Shown piece after piece: positions 48,256-56,146 of a DNA stretch of 64,000 nt (its first letter is position 1; every line of letters starts with the position of its first letter). The position numbers and the translations under genes were made by a program. Source of the DNA: Candidatus Shapirobacteria bacterium. GTDB lineage: Bacteria > Patescibacteriota > Microgenomatia > UBA12405. The notes under the pieces are model-generated. The model did not search any database. It was not told the DNA's origin and was given only the letters and a program-made list of their open reading frames with translations. The stretch is taken from assembly GCA_016188545.1 (NCBI GenBank), contig JACPHO010000001.1, positions 14,249-78,248 of the forward strand, given 5' to 3'.

Positions 48256-48744
48256 GAGATGCCAGGTATTGAGCCCGGGTCCGAAAGTGGACAATAAAAA
48301 ACTTCTACAAGCTTAATTAATTTTACTTGCCAGTCCGTAGCTCAAAGAGCGAAGGATGGTCCGTCAGTCAATGGAAATTAACAAACCATTGTTGACTGTC
48401 GATTATTGAGGGCATTACCCCTCGCTTGTTACCTACCAAAATCGAGATTGATAGACCAGCATTCTTGTTTAATTTACACCGACTAACCTCCTCAAGAATA
48501 GGGGATTAACCGATGGTCAGCTCAATTATGCTTGCGCGTAGTTGAGATCAGCTTTTGAAGTACCCAAACCGAAGCCTGAGAAATCTAGAGCTAAATTGAC
48601 ACCGAAGTTTTTAGCTTTGGCATGTTTTTGTTTGACCCTGTTTTATCCGTTTTACAACAGATCCGGCTCGGCCGGACGACTCAATGGATCAAAGTCGGCT
48701 TGCGGTTTTTTAAGGTACTCACTCCGTCGATGCAATACATCTCC
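48254..48744 (-). ncRNA. ssrA: tmRNA (about 491 nt); tag ORF 48621..48526
   Basis: 5' GGAGATG...TCGAC; 3' GGAC-CCGGG-CTCAATA-CCTGG-CATCTCC; tag AKAKNFGVNLALDFSGFGLGTSKADLNYAQA*; smpB nearby. Confidence 0.88.
48334..48356. repeat. Palindromic element inside tmRNA
   Basis: TCCGTAGCTC-AAA-GAGCGAAGGA. Confidence 0.75.
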
Positions 48745-48773
48745 GAGTCTAGAACAGGAAAATTATACCATAT

Positions 48774-49334
48774 CTATCGTAGCTTTTCAATAATCTGCTT
48801 CCAACTTTCAAAAACTTTGATATTACTTAAGTCTCCCTTGCCTGCCCGCCTTTGGAGGGTCAAGGGAGATTTAGAGGGATTGAAATACCACACGCTCATT
48901 TTTGGATAGTTTTTAGCTAGCTCTACTACAGTCGGCCAGTTATCATCAATATGAATATCCGACCCTACCTTTCCCACGTTTTGCACTTTACTCTTCACCC
49001 CCCCAATCTCTCTATCATCAAAAAAGTACCCATCATACAAGTCAAAGTAACCCCACCTCTTCATCCATTCATAAGTAATCGCCCTAACATAACCTTTTCT
49101 ACTGGTTACCAACATCACCTCAAAACCCATCGCCTTTAGTTTTTTCAATCCCGCCTGGCTACCCTCAATTGGCCTTCTCCACCGCTGGTTAACCTGTCTC
49201 CACCACAAGTCGATAAGTTTTAATATTTTTGGCATTTGACCACTCTCGACTTTCTTCTGTTGTGTCCAATCTCTTCCCCACAGCTTTTCAATAATCACAC
49301 CATCAAAATCAACCGACACAATTCTTTGTTTCAT
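48774..49334 (-). CDS. HAD-superfamily (5'-nucleotidase-like) phosphatase
   Basis: VDFDGVI, VTSR, K, HIDDN. Confidence 0.88.
   Translation of the reverse strand: MKQRIVSVDFDGVIIEKLWGRDWTQQKKVESGQMPKILKLIDLWWRQVNQRWRRPIEGSQAGLKKLKAMGFEVMLVTSRKGYVRAITYEWMKRWGYFDLYDGYFFDDREIGGVKSKVQNVGKVGSDIHIDDNWPTVVELAKNYPKMSVWYFNPSKSPLTLQRRAGKGDLSNIKVFESWKQIIEKLR
48828..48881. repeat. Nested palindromic insertion, in frame in the HAD gene
   Basis: AAGTCTCCCTTG-[CCTGCCCGCC TTT GGAGGGT]-CAAGGGAGATTT-AGAGGGATT. Confidence 0.75.
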
Positions 49335-49353
49335 AGACAGTTTAATTCTATCA

Positions 49354-49837
49354 ATGAAAAGGACATTTCTGGTTCAGATGATGGAGAAATATTACGAATA
49401 TTTCCATCTTAGGTTTGGCTTATTAAGTTTACTCATCACCCTCCTAGTTTTTCCTCAATCAAATTTTCTAGTTATGTTGTTTTTGGCTGTCTTGGCCAGC
49501 TTTTTACCCGATTTTGATCATGTTCTAGCTATATTCATCTATGCTCGTTCGACCTCATACTCCACCTCAATTCGCCATCATCTCAGCCACTTTGATTTTC
49601 CCTCTGCAATCGAATACATCCGTAAACATCAAAAATTCAACCACTTTATTCTATCCCACAATTTACTCACTCCATTTGCATTTTTTCTGCTATATATATT
49701 TTGTCAAACAGTCTTCCCCAAAACTATCCATTTTTTGTCTCTCTTTTGCCCTCCATTTTGTCTTCGATCTTCTCGAAGATCTTTTGGCCCTTGGCCGTCT
49801 CAATCCCAATTGGTTTCTTCGGTTCAGGCGTGACTAA
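49354..49837 (+). pseudogene. Membrane metal-dependent hydrolase (YbcI/YdjM-like), frameshifted near 49690
   Basis: Frame A: SFLPDFDH...SHN; frame B: LHFVFDLLED. Adding one TA unit in CTATATATATTTT joins them. Confidence 0.7.
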
Positions 49838-50466
49838 ATACCATCCCTCTGTCTTAGGAGAAACTCTCTGATTCCCACTTTGTTGCCGCTAACCGTTATT
49901 ACCCCGATCTCCTTCGAATCAACTGCCGCGGCCACTCGTTCTGCCAACTGGTCCACATTAACTGGGTCAAATTGCCAACCTGGATAAATTAAGTAGGGTA
50001 TGAAGGGCAATCTTTTTAGCCAGGTGTGCATTAACTTCACCTCTGGTGACCCTTCGCCAACAATTAGCTTTGGCCTAAGTATCAATAGATTTGGCACTTC
50101 TTTTATTAATATTTCTTCGGCTCGTCTCTTGGATCTGGCAAAACTATCAACCCGATAATTTACTGCGTTCGAACTCACAAAAATCATTTTGTTTGCACCT
50201 GCGTTATTAAATATTTTTGCCATGTTTTTCGCCATTATCACATTGTCATTATATGTTCCATGAATTCGCCTCTTGTTCAATGAAGTTATCCCAGCCATAT
50301 GTATGATCACATCAAACCTGTCATTTGAATATCTCCCGACCGTCACTTTCGATAATAGATTATTTGATTTTCTGTCAATTATCACCCACTGATACTTCTT
50401 CTTTGTTAGTAGTTCGCACACCCGCTTACCCAAAAATCCACCTGCACCAGTCACCAAAACTTTCAT
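49834..50466 (-). CDS. NAD-dependent epimerase/dehydratase (SDR)
   Basis: MKVLVTGAGGFLG, IIHMAG, FVSS, FARSK (YxxxK Tyr replaced by Phe). Confidence 0.85.
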   Translation of the reverse strand: MKVLVTGAGGFLGKRVCELLTKKKYQWVIIDRKSNNLLSKVTVGRYSNDRFDVIIHMAGITSLNKRRIHGTYNDNVIMAKNMAKIFNNAGANKMIFVSSNAVNYRVDSFARSKRRAEEILIKEVPNLLILRPKLIVGEGSPEVKLMHTWLKRLPFIPYLIYPGWQFDPVNVDQLAERVAAAVDSKEIGVITVSGNKVGIREFLLRQRDGI

Positions 50467-51029
50467 TTTTGTTTTATAGACAGCACTTGTCTTAAATACA
50501 GGCCAAATGCCCACCAGCCAAATATCGTCCCTAATACTAGTATCCATTTAATCGATTCGTGGATTATTGTCCCGTAACTACCCATGTTTGGATAACTTAG
50601 CAATATGGCCATCAGAATTACCGACAAATTTTCAGTAATAAATTTGAGTTTACCCAATATATGGGCCTTCAAGAAAACTAACTTTATTGCCGCCAATTGT
50701 CTTACTCCCGCTACCAGAAAATCTCTGATCAAATTAGCAATCAATAATATCAATATGATTACACTGGGATAAAAGTATAGATAACAAATCAACATAGTCG
50801 TTACAATCGCCCTATCAACCGACAAGTCAAAAAACTGACCTACTTCTGAAGCTTGATTAAACGTTCTAGCCACCCATCCATCAAGTTTGTCCATAAAAAA
50901 TACCAGAATATATGTCGGTAAAATATATGGTCTCAACCAAGTAATATTTCCCAACAATACAACCAAAATTAAGACATATAGCAAAAACCTTATTAGGGTA
51001 ATCCAATTTGGAATGGTGTTTATCTTCAT
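50463..51029 (-). CDS. pgsA: CDP-alcohol phosphatidyltransferase (PgsA-like)
   Basis: PNWITLIR, DKLDGWVAR..NQ.S..GQFFD..VD, GKLK. Confidence 0.9.
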   Translation of the reverse strand: MKINTIPNWITLIRFLLYVLILVVLLGNITWLRPYILPTYILVFFMDKLDGWVARTFNQASEVGQFFDLSVDRAIVTTMLICYLYFYPSVIILILLIANLIRDFLVAGVRQLAAIKLVFLKAHILGKLKFITENLSVILMAILLSYPNMGSYGTIIHESIKWILVLGTIFGWWAFGLYLRQVLSIKQK

Positions 51030-51031
51030 GC

Positions 51032-51547
51032 TCAGATTATAGTGTTATTCAGTCTCAAAAGATATCCCAGTACCTTAAATAGCAAATGTAGAGCCATGCC
51101 GGCCAATAATAGCACTGCCATTTCTTTTAGGCTTAAAAGCCTCCAAATAGTTGATATTGGAATCACCCCAACTATCCAATCAATCTGATCCCATGGGAAC
51201 CAGGATACTCCCGATGCCACCCCGGCTCGTCGCTTGAAAAAACTCTTAATCGCATCCCCCCCCAACCCTCCCAGTCCCATTGCTGCTCCAAAATACCAAG
51301 GTAGGGGATAGTTGGCTTCACGAATCACCACTCCTTTTAGAATTAAAAAAATTATTTCGGCAGCCAATATTCCAGTTACAAACCCTCTTATTGTCTTGTG
51401 ATCACCAAAAATTCGCTTTCCGTCCCACGATTTCCCCATATCAATTGGTATGTTCCACTTCGGCCAAATTTTTACCGCCATTGGCGGTACCATGTTGGCG
51501 ATACCAGCCGGTAGCATTATCCAAAAAAGTTTCACCCAATCAATCAT
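51032..51547 (-). CDS. CDP-archaeol synthase-like cytidylyltransferase (CarS/DUF46)
   Basis: PAGIANMVP, PIDMG....GKRIFGDHKT.RG, GD...SFFKRR, DQID. Confidence 0.85.
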   Translation of the reverse strand: MIDWVKLFWIMLPAGIANMVPPMAVKIWPKWNIPIDMGKSWDGKRIFGDHKTIRGFVTGILAAEIIFLILKGVVIREANYPLPWYFGAAMGLGGLGGDAIKSFFKRRAGVASGVSWFPWDQIDWIVGVIPISTIWRLLSLKEMAVLLLAGMALHLLFKVLGYLLRLNNTII

Positions 51548-51631
51548 TAGCCTATTTTAACCTAAAACTGCGTCTTAGTGCCCAGTAGCATTCACTTCCC
51601 TCAAGTTATCATCGTGATAATCTCTTAGTAG

Positions 51632-52264
51632 ATGTCATATTTTATGGACATGATTTTTCCTAGAGTATGTAGCCAATGCGGCCGCACCGGGTTATATCTT
51701 TGCCTTGACTGTCGCGACAGTCTTCAAAGAATTGGGATTCATATTCCCAAGCACAGTCGACTTGAAGGACATCTCAGCCTTTTTCGGTATCGTGGTTTAG
51801 TGAAAGCCGCCATCAGGGAACTAAAGTTCGATTTTGTGTCAGACATAGTCCCAGAAATTTCGTCTCTAGTTGTCCACTCACTTGTCAATCAGTACCCACA
51901 CCTTCTCCGCTACTGGCAAGAAAACAACTTTGTCTTTTCCCCGATTCCACTTCACCTAAGAAGAAAGTTATGGCGAGGCTACAACCAATCAGCTTTACTT
52001 GCAGAAAAAATAGCCCTTGAACTAAATATGAATACTAGAAGCGATCTAATAACCCGTATTAAAAATAGTCTACCCCAGTCACTAATCAAAGATAGACGTC
52101 TTCGATGCCATAGCTTAAATAAAACCTTCTCATGCGCTACTACAACCCCTCCACCCAACATTATTTTATTTGATGATGTGTACACTTCCGGGTCAACTAT
52201 AAACTCAGCTGCGGGAGCACTACCGGAAAACTGTCATATCTGGGGTCTTTCTTTGGCTGGTTAG
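51632..52264 (+). CDS. comF: ComF-family phosphoribosyltransferase-domain competence protein
   Basis: FP..C..C...LC..C, PIPLH, RGYNQS, LFDDVYTSGST. Confidence 0.9.
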   Translation: MSYFMDMIFPRVCSQCGRTGLYLCLDCRDSLQRIGIHIPKHSRLEGHLSLFRYRGLVKAAIRELKFDFVSDIVPEISSLVVHSLVNQYPHLLRYWQENNFVFSPIPLHLRRKLWRGYNQSALLAEKIALELNMNTRSDLITRIKNSLPQSLIKDRRLRCHSLNKTFSCATTTPPPNIILFDDVYTSGSTINSAAGALPENCHIWGLSLAG

Positions 52265-52273
52265 GACATGTTC

Positions 52274-52957
52274 CTAATTTGATTTTGGAATGTTTCCACT
52301 TATCACTCGACTACTTCGAATCTCATCTTCTGTCTTCATTTCCCCGACCACTTCATTCTTTATTGAGATCATCGTATCCTCAATACCCTTACCTTCAATC
52401 GGAGTTAGTGAACTAAGGTAAAAATTTTCAACATCAAGTCCGTGGTTACTTAGTGAGTCGCGCAATTCTTGTTTTATCTCATCCTCAATATTACTGCGGC
52501 TGGTAGCCAGAGCCATTGCTAAAGTGTGGTTAGTCAGCACTTTTCTGATTCTACTTCTGGTTACTGGACGAACAACTTTGGAAACAAAATTTTCTCCAAT
52601 GTTTTGCCATATCTCCGGGAGTCTTTCGGTGTCTAGTTTTATTAATGCAGTAGCTTCCACTGCTACAAATTTATTATCTGCAGTCACGGCGTTAATTACT
52701 TCATCACCCATGATTTCTTTGTTATCTTTTACAGTTACGTCCTTTGAGATGGTGTATTCAATCAGTTGGGCATTAAACAGTTTTACTCTGTGAATAATCG
52801 GGATTTTAAAATGCATTCCGGGGTACCATACGTTCTGCAAAACTCCCTGAAAGATACTGTAAATACATCCGACATGTCCCGGAGGAACGGTTACAATAAA
52901 CCCTCCGACGACCTCGTCAACAAAAAGCGAAACTAAAAGATTATCAATTGAAGCCAT
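52274..52957 (-). CDS. SPFH/band-7 (prohibitin) family protein
   Basis: VPPGHVG, PGMHFKIP, VVRP..RS.IR. Confidence 0.88.
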   Translation of the reverse strand: MASIDNLLVSLFVDEVVGGFIVTVPPGHVGCIYSIFQGVLQNVWYPGMHFKIPIIHRVKLFNAQLIEYTISKDVTVKDNKEIMGDEVINAVTADNKFVAVEATALIKLDTERLPEIWQNIGENFVSKVVRPVTRSRIRKVLTNHTLAMALATSRSNIEDEIKQELRDSLSNHGLDVENFYLSSLTPIEGKGIEDTMISIKNEVVGEMKTEDEIRSSRVISGNIPKSN

Positions 52958-52960
52958 GGT

Positions 52961-53623
52961 TCAGTGAATTATACCAGTAAACCCCTCAACTAACTCCATA
53001 AGTTCCTTCTCTGGATCGGCAGACAATACAAAGTCACTGGCTGATACTACCCCTACCGCACCCATCTTTAAACAAATCTCCACATCAGATTTACTTTTAA
53101 TCCCAGCTCCAGCAACGATTTTTGTTCCCGGTGCTTTTTCAACTACATGCATTATCATTTTTGGTTCTTCCGTAGCTATGGACTTGTCCTTACTGGCAAT
53201 CAGGCTTGGTGGTTCAAACATAATGTAATCAGCTCCAGCCTGCGCCCCCCACTTTTCAATCTGACCAAGACTCCCTATACATAGGCAGATTTCAAAATCA
53301 TCTGGTTTTCCCTTAATAATTTTCAAAATTGTCCCCTTTGGCTTACCGTGTTCAGAGTGATTTAGTAAACTTCCTTTTATCCCCAAAGCCCTGGCTTGAT
53401 CCATTGAGGTCCACCCAGTTGCTCTTCCACCGCTGTATTCATCAACATTTTGCAGCCACACTTCCACTCCTGTTTCTTTGGAAATCCGTGCCGCGTCAAG
53501 AGCCGAAGCTACTACGATCATTCGTATACCAGTTTTATCAGCTACCTTTTTGACAATTTTAGCCAACTCTATCGCCTTATTACCATAAGTCTCTTTGTAT
53601 GTTTTGAAGTTTAATAAGATCAT
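52961..53623 (-). CDS. tpiA: Triosephosphate isomerase (short, archaeal-type)
   Basis: NFKTY, LLNHSEH, EPP.LI, GAGI, GA.GV. Confidence 0.9.
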   Translation of the reverse strand: MILLNFKTYKETYGNKAIELAKIVKKVADKTGIRMIVVASALDAARISKETGVEVWLQNVDEYSGGRATGWTSMDQARALGIKGSLLNHSEHGKPKGTILKIIKGKPDDFEICLCIGSLGQIEKWGAQAGADYIMFEPPSLIASKDKSIATEEPKMIMHVVEKAPGTKIVAGAGIKSKSDVEICLKMGAVGVVSASDFVLSADPEKELMELVEGFTGIIH

Positions 53624-53625
53624 TA

Positions 53626-55176
53626 CTATTTCAATGAATATTTTTGAATCATTTGGTTTATACCATTCCGCAGATCCGGCATCACAACTTCGGCAGTTAG
53701 ATTTTTCATAGCGAGACCGTTGATGGCATCAGCAAAGTATTTTGACATCTCATCATTTAAGCCCTCATCAAATGTTCGTGACGACATGTACCAGCCGTCA
53801 GCATTGTTGGCTACTTTGACAAATGGGCGGGTCAGAGGATTGGATTCCATCTTATCAGCCATACTTTTTCTCGGGTATATTTCGCCAAAACTCCGAATCT
53901 GAGATGCTGCAGTATACATCTTTTCCAAATTATCTTTTGATGATAAAAATTCCAAAAATTTCCACGCTTCTTTTTGGTTTTTACTTTTGGAGCTCACTCC
54001 CTCAGCCCAATACGTTGACCAATGAATGTTAGTCAAATTAGCTTCATTGTTTACTTGATCAGGCGGTACATCCTTTAGTGTTGGCAGTTGAGGCACAGTT
54101 GTTATCTCATACTTCAGTTCTGGAATTTTCTTTTCTTCTATGTTGAATGCTCTCCAGCTTGGCGCAAAATAAAACGCCAACTTTCCATTGGCAAACAGCT
54201 CAGTTGAGGAAGGTAGAGCTTCGTCCCATACCTGGTGTTTTGTCTTAAATAGGGAATAATATGTCAATACATCCTGAAGTTTCTTCTCACTATCCGCATC
54301 GGTTAAAAGCGGATTAACCCCGCCCTGTTTCAACATTAGTCCTACAATATCGCTCCAGTGATCGACATTGTCAACCAAACCCATGGCCGCCCCCGACACT
54401 GTGATCTTGCCATTAACATCTCTTACCGTCAGCTTAGTAGCTGATTGCTCCAGATCCCACCACGACTTTGGTAAGCCCACCCCAGCTGATTCGATTAGGT
54501 CTTTGTTGTAGAAGAGTGATAATCCGTCATACATCAGAGGAATACCCTGCCAGCTTCCGTTTGTCTTAATTGTATTTTTGTAGGCCTCAAAAAAATCAGT
54601 ATCGAGACCCACCCTACCGGCGGTATCGCTTGGCACTTTCGCCAGATCAGTTTTAAACAGTGGTACCCAGGCAGAATGGTATCGAAAAATATCCGGCGAA
54701 TCAGACCCACCTTCTTCAATTCTGGTCTTAAGTCTGGTTCTATAGTTTACTTTCTGGTTTCGGACATAGTTTATCTTTACTCCTGGGTTCTTAGACTCAT
54801 AATCAGCGATTATCCCCTGGATCGTCGATGGCTCTTCCCATAGACCCCAATAGTTCAGGGTGATATTTTCCTGTTTAGTTCCACCAAGGTTTGGAATTAT
54901 TACCTTAAATACCAGAAAAAGTATCACAACAATCAGCAATCCAATTCCGCCGATTATTAACAGCTTTTTAGTATCCACAGGTTTGGCTAATGGTAGGCTA
55001 TTACTGCTAGTAGTACTTCTCTGCACTTCGGGGTTTATTACTGTTGCACTGGCGACTTCATCTTGTTCCTTCGGCATGTTCACTACCGGAGATGTTTCTT
55101 GTTTATCATCTTCCGGATCATATAGGCTGCTAAACCTTCTTGGTGGAAGCGGCGACTTAATATCCTCTAAAGCCAT
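53626..55176 (-). CDS. Membrane-anchored carbohydrate ABC solute-binding protein (family 1)
   Basis: YWGLWE, PDIF, GIP..D.L.LFYNKDL, F..GKLA, AWKFLEFL. Confidence 0.88.
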   Translation of the reverse strand: MALEDIKSPLPPRRFSSLYDPEDDKQETSPVVNMPKEQDEVASATVINPEVQRSTTSSNSLPLAKPVDTKKLLIIGGIGLLIVVILFLVFKVIIPNLGGTKQENITLNYWGLWEEPSTIQGIIADYESKNPGVKINYVRNQKVNYRTRLKTRIEEGGSDSPDIFRYHSAWVPLFKTDLAKVPSDTAGRVGLDTDFFEAYKNTIKTNGSWQGIPLMYDGLSLFYNKDLIESAGVGLPKSWWDLEQSATKLTVRDVNGKITVSGAAMGLVDNVDHWSDIVGLMLKQGGVNPLLTDADSEKKLQDVLTYYSLFKTKHQVWDEALPSSTELFANGKLAFYFAPSWRAFNIEEKKIPELKYEITTVPQLPTLKDVPPDQVNNEANLTNIHWSTYWAEGVSSKSKNQKEAWKFLEFLSSKDNLEKMYTAASQIRSFGEIYPRKSMADKMESNPLTRPFVKVANNADGWYMSSRTFDEGLNDEMSKYFADAINGLAMKNLTAEVVMPDLRNGINQMIQKYSLK

Positions 55177-55210
55177 ACTCAATCATAGCAAACATATAGT
55201 CCTATTATTA

Positions 55211-55245
55211 TTCACAAATCATACTTCATAAATCATACTTCAAAC
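55211..55245 (+). repeat. Heptamer array (wTCATAh type)
   Basis: TTCACAA ATCATAC TTCATAA ATCATAC TTCAAAC. Confidence 0.75.
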
Positions 55246-55262
55246 AAATTTTACTCTATAAT

Positions 55263-56018
55263 ATGCCAATGTTGCCATTGTTATATTCCTTAACTGCTGT
55301 TGTAATCATTAGCTTGGTTTCAATTTTTGCCATTTATTGGCTTATTTCCCATATTGCCAATTTTTCCAGATTTATCACCCCTTTAGTCAGTTTAGCAGTT
55401 GGAAGTTTACTGGGCGATGCTTTTATCCACTTGCTCCCCGAAGCTAACGAAAATATCTCCAACCCAACAGTAGTTTCGTTACTAACCATTCTAGGCATTC
55501 TCATCTTTTTCTCCATCGAAAAATTTGTTCGTTGGCACCATTGCCACGACCCCGACTGTACTGAGGGTACCTCAGTCATCATCCCGGTCAGTTTAGTAGG
55601 TGAAAGTATTCACAACTTTATCGATGGAGTGATTATCGCTGGAAGTTTTATAATCAGTCCAAATTTGGGTGTGGCCACATCCATTGCCGTTTTACTTCAC
55701 GAAATTCCCCAAGAAGTCGGTGATTTTGGTATCTACACTCATCAAGGGTTAAGTCTAAAAAAATCTCTCAATCTGAATCTTTTGTCTGCTACCACTTCAC
55801 TCTTGGGTGTCATTGTCACTTTTTTGATTGGCTCTAGTTTGGCCAGTGCAATTCCGTATGTACTTCCAATTACAGCCGGGGGATTTATTTATCTTGCCGC
55901 TTCAGACCTCATTCCTGAACTACATGAACACAAAGAGAAATCTATCCACTCACTCCTGCAGATATTCTACTTATTAGTCGGAGTTGCTCTAATGTACAGT
56001 CTGCTGTTATTAGAATAA
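55263..56018 (+). CDS. ZIP-family zinc transporter
   Basis: HLLPEA, HNFIDG, HEIPQE.GD, DLIPELH. Confidence 0.94.
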   Translation: MPMLPLLYSLTAVVIISLVSIFAIYWLISHIANFSRFITPLVSLAVGSLLGDAFIHLLPEANENISNPTVVSLLTILGILIFFSIEKFVRWHHCHDPDCTEGTSVIIPVSLVGESIHNFIDGVIIAGSFIISPNLGVATSIAVLLHEIPQEVGDFGIYTHQGLSLKKSLNLNLLSATTSLLGVIVTFLIGSSLASAIPYVLPITAGGFIYLAASDLIPELHEHKEKSIHSLLQIFYLLVGVALMYSLLLLE

Positions 56019-56061
56019 TATATTTTGCAAACTACATATTTATTAGGTAACATATTACCAA

Positions 56062-56142
56062 GTGTTAAGAAGATGCTAATCCATTGGCAACCGAGCTCAG
56101 CCACGGTGCCCTCAATAACACGCCTTTAATAATTAACAAAGG
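56062..56142 (+). promoter_or_regulatory. Candidate minimal SAM-I-superfamily riboswitch with SD-sequestering hairpin
   Basis: AAGA junction, GGCAACCG...CGGTGCC P3, GTGTTA/TAACAC closing helix, CCTTT/AAAGG over the SD; upstream of metK. Confidence 0.6.
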
Positions 56143-56146
56143 AAAA

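Noticed and set aside
48542-48909. Plus-strand ORFs 48542..48793 and 48622..48909
   Set aside because: They are antisense to tmRNA and the HAD gene and have no protein motifs.
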